Below, in pieces: positions 41,545 to 50,122 of a stretch of 64,000 nt of DNA (position 1 is the stretch's first letter; the number at the start of each line of letters is the position of its first letter). The notes under the pieces are model-generated. The model ran no database searches, was not told the DNA's origin, and saw only the letters and a program-made list of their open reading frames with translations. Source of the DNA: an uncultured Candidatus Saccharibacteria bacterium (GTDB lineage Bacteria; Patescibacteriota; WWE3; UBA101185; UBA10185); the NCBI GenBank assembly GCA_964643995.1, contig CAZXUJ010000002.1, forward strand, positions 14,209 through 78,208, given 5' to 3'. Made by a program: the position numbers and the translations under genes.

Positions 41545-42861
41545 TCAGTTTAATTTAAAGAAGTCACGACTAAAATCCAACGCCATGTTTAGCACTGAAA
41601 TATCAAGATTTTCGTTGGCAGCATGCATATTACAATCTTCATTACACAAAGGTACCACCGCTTGAGGAAGATTTAGCAACTCGTCAATTATAACTACTAC
41701 TGGAACGATAGCCCCGCAATGCTTGTAGAGTACTTCCTTTTTATAACTTTTTTCTAATATTTTTGAGGCTTTTTCGACATACTTGTTTTTGTGGTCTAGC
41801 AATACACCCTTGTTCATGTGTTCTGACACTACAGTCAAATCTACATAATCTGGTACCAAAGTATGTAAGTAGTCGGTAAATTGTTTGGAACACTTTTCTG
41901 GGTCTTGTGTTGCTGTTAACCTAAAACTAACTTTGGCAGATGCATGTCCAGGAATTGCATTTCGATAGCCTTCGCCAACATAACCCCCAGATAGTCCAGT
42001 AATCTCTACAGAAGGTCTAAATACGTTTTGGGCATACTGATTATATCCAGGCTCAGTTTTAAGAGTTTTTACACCCGTTATACTTTTGAACTCATCTAGA
42101 TCAAAAACCATTTTTTCAGACATAACTTTTTCTTCTTCCGTCAAGGGTTTTACATCATCGTAAAAACCTGGAATCGTAATAAGGTTATCTTCGTTTACTA
42201 ACTTAGACAAAAGCTCAACCAACTCTCTTGTAGCACTTGGAACTGTACTACCATAAAGTCCTGAATGTAAGTCTTTGTTGGAGGTCGTAACTGAGACTGT
42301 ACTGCTAAAAATACCCCGATAACCTAGCTCTATTGACGGATAACCAAAAGTAAGCTCACCATCAGATGTTAGCGAAAAATCGGCTTTAAGAAGCTCTCGA
42401 TTGTCTTTCAAAAAGTCGGGCAACTTATCAGATGACGTTTCTTCATTACCTTCGATAACAAACTTAACATTATAACCAAGGTTGTTTCCTTCAATCAATT
42501 TTAAAACATTATAAATGTGTATTAGCACCTGACCTTTATTATCTACAACGCCTCTACCATAAAAACGGTTATCTTTTTCTAACAGGGTAAATGGATCCTC
42601 AAACCATCCCTCCTCGATGCTAGCAGGTTGAACATCATAGTGACCGTAAACTAAACAAGTATCAAGTTTGGGATCGTTTTCATAGTATGCAACAACAATG
42701 GGATTCTCATAACCAGTAACTATTGTAACTTTAAAACCATGGGTCTGAAATAGATTTTCTAACCATGAAACCAATTTTGCTATTTCGGGTTGAAATTGTG
42801 AATCCGTTGAAACACTTTTAAACGAAACAAACTCCTTTAGCAAATCTTTATAAACCAACAT
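41545..42861 (-). CDS. M20 family metallo-dipeptidase
   Basis: YGHYDVQP, GRGVVDNKGQ, EGNEE, DLHSG, HAANE. Confidence 0.92.
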   Translation of the reverse strand: MLVYKDLLKEFVSFKSVSTDSQFQPEIAKLVSWLENLFQTHGFKVTIVTGYENPIVVAYYENDPKLDTCLVYGHYDVQPASIEEGWFEDPFTLLEKDNRFYGRGVVDNKGQVLIHIYNVLKLIEGNNLGYNVKFVIEGNEETSSDKLPDFLKDNRELLKADFSLTSDGELTFGYPSIELGYRGIFSSTVSVTTSNKDLHSGLYGSTVPSATRELVELLSKLVNEDNLITIPGFYDDVKPLTEEEKVMSEKMVFDLDEFKSITGVKTLKTEPGYNQYAQNVFRPSVEITGLSGGYVGEGYRNAIPGHASAKVSFRLTATQDPEKCSKQFTDYLHTLVPDYVDLTVVSEHMNKGVLLDHKNKYVEKASKILEKSYKKEVLYKHCGAIVPVVVIIDELLNLPQAVVPLCNEDCNMHAANENLDISVLNMALDFSRDFFKLN

Positions 42862-42920
42862 GCTTTGATAATAACCTAAAACTGGAGGCGGAACAAAGAT
42901 TTGGTATAGTTACACTGCTT

Positions 42921-44078
42921 ATGCAACTATCATCTGATCAAGAAAAAGCACTAAAACATCTTTACAATTGGTATCAAAAAAAGGATAGTCAGTATATCAC
43001 CCTTGGAGGATACGCCGGCACTGGGAAAACCACATTGATTGGTATTTTGAGAAGGATCATTTACACACAGGACAAAAACCTAAAAGTTGCATTTGCCAGT
43101 TTTACAGGAAAGGGTGCCTTAGTACTCAAAAACAAACTAAAAGATCTAGAGGCTACATACAAAGGAGATACTGTGGGAACAATACACAGTTTAATTTATG
43201 AACCGATTGAAAACTCAAACAAGGAAATTGTAGGGTGGGAAAGAAAAGAAGAGATTAAACAAGATTTAATCATTATTGATGAAGCTAGTATGGTTAATCA
43301 AGAAATTTGGTACGATTTATTGAACTATAAAAAACCGATAATTGCAGTGGGAGATCATGGGCAGTTACCACCGATTAATGGAAGCTTTAATCTTGTTAAG
43401 GAGCCACATCTGAAGCTTGAACAGATTCACCGACAGGTAGAACACAACCCAATAATCAAATTGTCTGTGCTTGCACGAACAGAAGGAAAAATTCCTCCTA
43501 AAAAATATAATGAAAATATAATGAAACTTTTAAACAGCGATTGGGAAACAGCTGAGTTTGTTAATGAGATATTAAACGAGTTCAATGAAGATACCCTAGT
43601 TCTATGTGGATACAATGCTACAAGAATAAAAATCAATAATCAGGTGAGATACAACCTAGGATTTGAGGATCCAGAACCATCAGTGGGGGATCGGGTAATA
43701 TGCCTAAGAAACAACCACGACAAACAAATATTTAATGGTATGTTAGGGCATATAAAGCACATCGAAGTAATTGATCCAAACTGGTATTTTGCAAAGATAG
43801 AAATGGAATCTGGTGTTAATTACTCTGGAAACATATACAGGCCACAGTTTAACAGCCCACAAGCTATAAATTTCACAAAAGAACGCAAAAAACTAGGTGA
43901 GGGTGACATATTTGATTTTGGATACGCGCTAACTGTGCATAAAGCACAGGGTAGTGAAGCCAAAAGAGTAGTTTTATTTGAGGAAAGATTTTCACAAATG
44001 ACTGACGAGGATTGGAGAAAATGGCTTTATACAGGTATCACGCGGGCAAGAGAAGAACTTTATATAATCGGAAACTGA
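42921..44078 (+). CDS. RecD/Dda-like SF1B DNA helicase
   Basis: GYAGTGKT, IDEASM, GDHGQLPP, YALTVHKAQGSE, LYTGITRA. Confidence 0.92.
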   Translation: MQLSSDQEKALKHLYNWYQKKDSQYITLGGYAGTGKTTLIGILRRIIYTQDKNLKVAFASFTGKGALVLKNKLKDLEATYKGDTVGTIHSLIYEPIENSNKEIVGWERKEEIKQDLIIIDEASMVNQEIWYDLLNYKKPIIAVGDHGQLPPINGSFNLVKEPHLKLEQIHRQVEHNPIIKLSVLARTEGKIPPKKYNENIMKLLNSDWETAEFVNEILNEFNEDTLVLCGYNATRIKINNQVRYNLGFEDPEPSVGDRVICLRNNHDKQIFNGMLGHIKHIEVIDPNWYFAKIEMESGVNYSGNIYRPQFNSPQAINFTKERKKLGEGDIFDFGYALTVHKAQGSEAKRVVLFEERFSQMTDEDWRKWLYTGITRAREELYIIGN

Positions 44079-44098
44079 CGTGGGAGTATAATTTGTGT

Positions 44099-45022
44099 AT
44101 GTCAAAGATACAATTAATAACTCAAACCGAAAAAAAGTTACGCGATATTATTGCAACAAAAGGGTATCCCAGATTTCGCGAAATGGGTATCGGGATATTC
44201 AAGGATGAAAAACCTGATTTTGTAATGCCACATTTTTCACAATTCGTAAGTGAAACAGAATCAACTTTAGAAAAAAGAAACTATCGATTGTGGCTTCTAC
44301 ACAGCAAATACAAAGATGCAACAGCAATGACAAGAATTCATTTTGTAACTGTGTTTGATCCTGAAAAGCCTACTTTCATTTTTCAGCATGGATTTGGTGG
44401 AACCAACCACCTTGCCCATTTAGTGGCTATTATTGGACGTGAATTCTTTCAGAAATTTAATGTTATATCACTTGGACTAAACGGACATACTACGTTTCTC
44501 GAAATGTTTAATGTTTGCGCAAATTCATTTATAAACCTTGCACTTACGGCGGCATCTTCTATACAAGCTATAGACGAGTGTATAAACACACACAAGTCGA
44601 AAAGCGACAAGGAAACAATAGTCTGCGGAGCCTCCTTGGGAGGCATGATTATAAGCTGGCATGGGTTCTTACATAATACAGCCGACATGTATTTCCCTAT
44701 GATTTCGCATCCCAATATTGCACAAGTCTTTCTTAACAAATCCTTTGCTGAAGCTAACTACTCATATGACTTCATGAGTAAGAACAAATCTTACTTTGAA
44801 GCTTTTAAGGTTGAAGATAAGTTAAGAGAAAATATGAAAAACAAAATGTTTCCAATTTTAGGGACAATAGATGAAATGGTACCCTTCACCGACACAAGTG
44901 AGTTCTGGAAAGGATATGAAACTTTAGAGGTAGCGGCCGGGCATTACTCTATTGTTGCTCAAAGAGCCAAGGTGCAAGAATTCATTCTCGATAAGGCCAA
45001 AAAATTTTATGCGACTACTTAA
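44099..45022 (+). CDS. Alpha/beta hydrolase
   Basis: QHGFGG, GASLGG, GTIDEMVP, AGH triad. Confidence 0.75.
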   Translation: MSKIQLITQTEKKLRDIIATKGYPRFREMGIGIFKDEKPDFVMPHFSQFVSETESTLEKRNYRLWLLHSKYKDATAMTRIHFVTVFDPEKPTFIFQHGFGGTNHLAHLVAIIGREFFQKFNVISLGLNGHTTFLEMFNVCANSFINLALTAASSIQAIDECINTHKSKSDKETIVCGASLGGMIISWHGFLHNTADMYFPMISHPNIAQVFLNKSFAEANYSYDFMSKNKSYFEAFKVEDKLRENMKNKMFPILGTIDEMVPFTDTSEFWKGYETLEVAAGHYSIVAQRAKVQEFILDKAKKFYATT

Positions 45023-46130
45023 CTACTTTATAGTAACGACTGCGCTTATTGTGTGTGTTACAAATTTTAGCAAGGTGCATGCTCAGGGAGCCAGCACTGG
45101 GGCACCAATACTACTGAAAGGTGTCGTTGAAAAAGTACTTGAGGAAGAGACACAAACTAAAGCTGAAGGCGAAGTCATAAATCAAACACTTTATGTAAAC
45201 ATGGGTAATCAGAATGTCACAGCTTTTTACACAGTACTTCCCCTAACTGGAAAAGAAAAAATTTCTGTAGGCGACAGTATCCTAATATATGGAGTTCAGA
45301 TGATGGGTGAAACAAAGTATTTCGTAGCAGATTACAATCGAGAGAGACCAATCGTACTGCTTATTGGCCTGTTTGTGGGCATTGTAGTACTTGTCACAAG
45401 ACGCTGGGGGATTATGTCTCTGGTGGGAATGCTTTACTCATTTCTTATAATTTTTAGATTTATACTGCCCCAGATACTGAACGGTAAGGACCCGCTGGTT
45501 ACAGCGCTGATTGGCGTGGTTATGATTGCACCTGTCACATTTTCACTCTCACATGGGCTAAACAAAAAGACGATTGCAGGAATACTCGGCACGTTTATTG
45601 CATTGTCAGTTACAGGACTCTTAGCAGTGATATTCACGCAAATAGCACATCTATCTGGATTTGGTTCTGAGGAATCCTTATTTTTGCAAATCTCTCAGGG
45701 TAATAAACTTAATATGCAAGGAGTCTTTCTAGCCGGAATTATAATAGGAACATTAGGAATACTGGATGATGTTACTATCTCACAAGCATCAATAGTTAAG
45801 CAGCTTAAGGTGGCAAACCAAAACCTATCGAAAACCGATTTATACCTACGTGCAATGAGTGTAGGACACGATCACATAAGTTCAGCAGTAAACACCTTGG
45901 TACTAGTTTATACCGGTGCGTCAATGCCATTACTCCTGATCTTTCTGCTAAGTAACCAATCGTTTGGGGGAGCAATAAATTACCAAGTAATAACCGAAGA
46001 GATCGTAAGAACATTAGTAGGCAGTATAGGTTTAGTAATTGCAGTGCCAATAACAACTCTTATTGCAGCAATTTTTCTGGATAGTTCAGATGAGCATGAG
46101 GAGAAAACAGAACATACACACCACCACTAG
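45009..46130 (+). CDS. YibE/F family membrane protein
   Basis: GIIIGTLGILDDVTISQAS, DHISSAVNTLVLVYTG, EEIVRTLVGSIGL. Confidence 0.9.
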   Translation: MRLLNYFIVTTALIVCVTNFSKVHAQGASTGAPILLKGVVEKVLEEETQTKAEGEVINQTLYVNMGNQNVTAFYTVLPLTGKEKISVGDSILIYGVQMMGETKYFVADYNRERPIVLLIGLFVGIVVLVTRRWGIMSLVGMLYSFLIIFRFILPQILNGKDPLVTALIGVVMIAPVTFSLSHGLNKKTIAGILGTFIALSVTGLLAVIFTQIAHLSGFGSEESLFLQISQGNKLNMQGVFLAGIIIGTLGILDDVTISQASIVKQLKVANQNLSKTDLYLRAMSVGHDHISSAVNTLVLVYTGASMPLLLIFLLSNQSFGGAINYQVITEEIVRTLVGSIGLVIAVPITTLIAAIFLDSSDEHEEKTEHTHHH

Positions 46131-46131
46131 A

Positions 46132-46491
46132 CGTAAACTTTTATATGTGGGACTACTTTTAGTAGTAATCTCTTTATTGTTAGGCTTAGTGGTATTTGGT
46201 CCATTGATCTAACAAGAGGGGAAATATCAAATAAAAAAAGCTACAAGATCCAGTGTTAATGAGATAAATTTTGAGGTAAACCCAACTAACAAAGGATTCA
46301 TGATTATAATTCCAAAGATCGGGGCACAATCAGGTATAGTTTCTGAGGTAGACCCGTACAACAAAGCAGAGTACCTAAAGGCACTTTCAGGCGGAGTAGC
46401 GCATGCAAAAGGCACTGCATTACCAGGTGAGCTTGTTAACATTTTTCTATTTGCGCACTCCTCAGTAGAAGCCACTGAGATTGAAGATTAG
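46132..46491 (+). pseudogene. Sortase pseudogene
   Basis: TM anchor, internal TAA, then IIIPKIG..VDPYNKAEYLKALSGGVAHAKGTALPGE..LFAHSS; ends before the TLxTC catalytic motif. Confidence 0.7.
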
Positions 46492-46494
46492 GGG

Positions 46495-46944
46495 CTAACA
46501 GGCCACACTGTTTGGGTTAGGGTCGATTGTTCCAGGACAAACTCTTATTTCATTGAAAGTGGTATGAAATTTATAGAAACCACCAGTGCTTATTCCAACA
46601 TATACTCCAAAGGTACCACCACCCTGGCCGTATTCGTACGTAGACTGTGGAGGATCTCCATTGGGCCAAACACGCATATAAGTTGTAAGGCCGTTGGCAT
46701 CATCTAGAGGATTACCATTTGCATTAGAGTCAACAGGGTAGGAACCCTCAGAAACTCGGTAAGCTTCAATACCTTGTACAATTTTCTCCAAATTCGCTAA
46801 ACGAACACTATCCTCAGCTCGATCGTTTTGTGCATCAGGCTCAATAATACTAAGAGTTACCCCAGCCAAAATACCTATAATACCTATCACAATTAATAGT
46901 TCAACTAAGGTAAAACCGGATTGTCTAACAGTTGTGGGCATCAT
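46495..46944 (-). CDS. Type IV pilin / prepilin-type N-methylation protein
   Basis: SGFTLVELLIVIGIIGILAG; C-terminal Cys pair. Confidence 0.9.
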   Translation of the reverse strand: MMPTTVRQSGFTLVELLIVIGIIGILAGVTLSIIEPDAQNDRAEDSVRLANLEKIVQGIEAYRVSEGSYPVDSNANGNPLDDANGLTTYMRVWPNGDPPQSTYEYGQGGGTFGVYVGISTGGFYKFHTTFNEIRVCPGTIDPNPNSVAC

Positions 46945-46977
46945 TATAATTCTACGCATCCAAGCACACGCTGGCAA

Positions 46978-48696
46978 CTATATAAATGCTATTTGATACA
47001 AGCCTTTAGTATGAAACCCGCGCTTTGAATAATAGGCTCGTGTGCCTACCGAGGAAATTACTGCCAACTTACTGAATCCATGGTCCTTTGCAATCTCCAT
47101 CGATCTATCTATTAACTCTGTACCCAGGCCTTGGTGTTGTGAAGAACCTTTACGTTTTTTTCCAATTTCGACACTGCGGCCATACACATGAATCTCTCTT
47201 ATAATGGCGCAATCTGCCAAGTCTGACACAAAATTGGGAACCTTCGGCAAAGAAAGACGCATAAATCCGGCCAAGGTATCATATGAATCTACAAACTCCA
47301 AAAAATATTCGCTGGAGACTGCTGTTTCATACACAGTCTCCTTTAAACATAATTCTTCACGAGTCAAAACTTTATCTTTTACTTCTCTTGAACGAATTTC
47401 AAGCAATTTCACATTGTTTGAATGCTGTTCCGCCAGTTGTCTAAAATTAGTCTTTTTATTTCCAACCACTATATCGGTTGAGGGAATGTCTCTTATAACT
47501 CGGTTTAACCTGCAATACCTGGGAGTATTCTGCAAAGCGAAGCTAACAACATCCATCAGTTCCTTTTCCGTATACGGGTTCCAAAGACCATCCTTGTGAT
47601 ATTTCATTAACTCTGCACTTTCAATTAACGAACATGGATAAATCTTTAATTCATCCGGCTTTATTGACGTATTCGTAAACAAACGTAAAAAATCTTCTTT
47701 ATCTCTTTCAGAGCTGGAACCATACAAATTTGGCATCCAATGGGCTAAGATTTTAAAACCTGCCTGACGTAGAAGATCGATAGCATGCTCTGTTTTTGCA
47801 ACGTCATGGCCACGCTTGTTTAAACGCAAGACGTTATCATCCAAACTCTGAATACCAATTTGTACTCTCGTCGCACCGAGCTTTCTAACTTTTAGAACTT
47901 CTTCCTCATTAATTTCGTCTGGCCGTGTTTCAATCACTAACCCAATACATTTGGTTTTAGAAACTTCATTTGATTTGTGAGATTCAAATAGCTCTTCCCA
48001 TGTAGCACTTTCAGATTTCAATAAACTCTGTAGGTTTTGTGTTGCCATGGATATTACCTGATTATAAGACTTATTTATGTTTTCACCGGTAATGTCCTCA
48101 AGCTTAGACTCATCGAAAGGTAGTGCAAGGTCAGGATTTATGGTCTTCGTGTCGTAAAGAGATTCAAAATCGTTCATAGCATCAAAACACCGTTTCACAA
48201 ACCAAATCTGATAAGATGTTGGGTATGACGACCAAGTCCCACCAAGGATTAAAAGCTCAAGTTTATCTGTCGGGTGCCCAGTATTCCTAAAAGCAACTAG
48301 ACGATTAAATGTCTGAAAGTATGGATCAAACTTGTTAGATAAAGCACGCTGAGCACCAGGCTCATCTGAAAGATAGCTTTTGGGCATTCTTACATCGTTG
48401 GGACAAAATATGCACTTTCCAGGGCATGGGTAGGGTTTGGTCAAAACTGTTACTGGGGTCACACCAGAAAGAGTACGTACCTTTTTCATCTGGATATTCT
48501 TTTTAAACAAGGTTTCTTCTTGAGCAGATAACTTGAGTTCTCCACTTTCAAGCGCTTTTTGATAACCAATTACGACTTCGCTTTTGGAATACATCCCACC
48601 AGTTTCCTTTGGATGTTTTTTCAAAAGTCTGTATAACTCGTCAGCCCCAAAGCTTTGGACTGAAAGCGTTTGTATGATATTAATTAAATTATTCAT
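46978..48696 (-). CDS. elp3: Elp3-family radical SAM/KAT tRNA U34 carboxymethyltransferase
   Basis: RTLSGV, CPGKCIFCP, PKSY..EP, ETRPD, DELKIYP, RVIRDIP, IREIHVYG, QHQGLG, VISSVGTRAYY. Confidence 0.93.
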   Translation of the reverse strand: MNNLINIIQTLSVQSFGADELYRLLKKHPKETGGMYSKSEVVIGYQKALESGELKLSAQEETLFKKNIQMKKVRTLSGVTPVTVLTKPYPCPGKCIFCPNDVRMPKSYLSDEPGAQRALSNKFDPYFQTFNRLVAFRNTGHPTDKLELLILGGTWSSYPTSYQIWFVKRCFDAMNDFESLYDTKTINPDLALPFDESKLEDITGENINKSYNQVISMATQNLQSLLKSESATWEELFESHKSNEVSKTKCIGLVIETRPDEINEEEVLKVRKLGATRVQIGIQSLDDNVLRLNKRGHDVAKTEHAIDLLRQAGFKILAHWMPNLYGSSSERDKEDFLRLFTNTSIKPDELKIYPCSLIESAELMKYHKDGLWNPYTEKELMDVVSFALQNTPRYCRLNRVIRDIPSTDIVVGNKKTNFRQLAEQHSNNVKLLEIRSREVKDKVLTREELCLKETVYETAVSSEYFLEFVDSYDTLAGFMRLSLPKVPNFVSDLADCAIIREIHVYGRSVEIGKKRKGSSQHQGLGTELIDRSMEIAKDHGFSKLAVISSVGTRAYYSKRGFHTKGLYQIAFI

Positions 48697-49399
48697 GGAT
48701 AAAGCTACTTTCAACCAAATATTAGAGCTAAACAAAGAATTTTACAAATGTGTGGCTGATGAGTTTTCTACAACCCGACAGTATCCATGGCAAGGGTGGA
48801 GCAAGGTCATAGAAACATATGAAAAGTTAAATATAAATTCTACTAAAGTACTTGATCTTGGATGCGGTAACGGCCGTTTCTATGACTTTATTAAAAACAT
48901 AGAAATGCCTTACGACTACACAGGCCTTGATGAAAACCCAAAACTACTAGAGCTTGCACGCAAAAAACACCGCAAGCAATGCTTCAAAGAATGGGATGTA
49001 ATAACAAATCTCTCCTGTGTTGAAAGTAAATACAACCTTGTAACTGCCTTTGGAGTAACACACCACATACCTAGCAGGGAATATAGAAAAGTATGGTTTC
49101 AAGACATTATCAACCTGTGTGAAGATAAATGTATGGTAGCATTTACTTTTTGGAATTTTCATTACCTAAAAGAAAAAATAATCACTGAAGTAGACAAAGC
49201 AGAACTAGATGATAATGACTATTTCCTAGGTTGGGGAGATAAAATAAACATTATGCGCTATGCACATCGGTATGACGGAAATGAGCTCATGGAAATAACA
49301 CAAATATTCAAAAAATCAGGGTTCCAAGAGCCAGTAAAGTACAACTCAGATGGCCGTAACAAGCTACTAAATCACTATATGTTATACCATAGACCTTGA
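48695..49399 (+). CDS. Class I SAM methyltransferase of the Trm9/ALKBH8 type
   Basis: FYKCVADEFSTTRQYPW, DLGCGNGR, GVTHHIPSREYR, TFW, DYFLGW, RYAHRY..EL. Confidence 0.8.
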   Translation: MDKATFNQILELNKEFYKCVADEFSTTRQYPWQGWSKVIETYEKLNINSTKVLDLGCGNGRFYDFIKNIEMPYDYTGLDENPKLLELARKKHRKQCFKEWDVITNLSCVESKYNLVTAFGVTHHIPSREYRKVWFQDIINLCEDKCMVAFTFWNFHYLKEKIITEVDKAELDDNDYFLGWGDKINIMRYAHRYDGNELMEITQIFKKSGFQEPVKYNSDGRNKLLNHYMLYHRP

Positions 49400-49433
49400 C
49401 TCTTTGTATACTATGGGATATAATGTTCCGATT

Positions 49434-50120
49434 ATGAATTTTGGAACACTTAACACCAATATAATAGATATAGCTTTATACATGGCACTTTTTATGGTGT
49501 TAGTGTTAGGTATTGCTATGATTCTAAAACTTACAGCAAACCATCAAAAACTCGAACAACTAAAGCTTAAAAAAATGCAAAATAAACAGTTACTTGAGTT
49601 CATATGCCATGCTTTTGATAAGATAGACACACATATGGCTAACCTGCTTAACGATATGGATGTTGTGCATATGTACAACATTACACATATCAAGCAGTTA
49701 GAAACTACTCTCAAATATGCAGAGACCTTAAATGAATACATAGATAACCTCGAGGATAATGCTCTCAAAGAGGTAGTGTTAAAAAACTTAAGTCAATGTA
49801 ATCAACTTGCGCAGGATATAGCACTGATAGAAAAGTCCGCCTACGAAACTAGAGGTAAACATCAAGAAATAGTTAAAGCTCTAAATCGAAATTATCGTAT
49901 TGAAACGATCGACGATAGGGACTATATAGAGAGCTTGAACAACGCAAATGCAAATGTAAAAAGCTTACTAAGAAGCTATAGTGACATGCGTGAAAGAGTA
50001 TATGAAAACTTAAAACTATACTTAAATGATACGGGGGAACTAAAACAACAAATAATGTTCTATAAGCACAAAGCTGTTGAACAAAAAAGATTCTACCCTA
50101 GATACGTAGCATTTATCTAG
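49434..50120 (+). CDS. Membrane-anchored coiled-coil protein
   Basis: One N-terminal TM followed by a helical heptad-rich region. Confidence 0.65.
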   Translation: MNFGTLNTNIIDIALYMALFMVLVLGIAMILKLTANHQKLEQLKLKKMQNKQLLEFICHAFDKIDTHMANLLNDMDVVHMYNITHIKQLETTLKYAETLNEYIDNLEDNALKEVVLKNLSQCNQLAQDIALIEKSAYETRGKHQEIVKALNRNYRIETIDDRDYIESLNNANANVKSLLRSYSDMRERVYENLKLYLNDTGELKQQIMFYKHKAVEQKRFYPRYVAFI

Positions 50121-50122
50121 TA

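Noticed and set aside
42921-44078. Dda/RecD-like helicase as a prophage marker
   Set aside because: No phage structural, integrase or replication genes nearby; the neighbours are ordinary cellular genes
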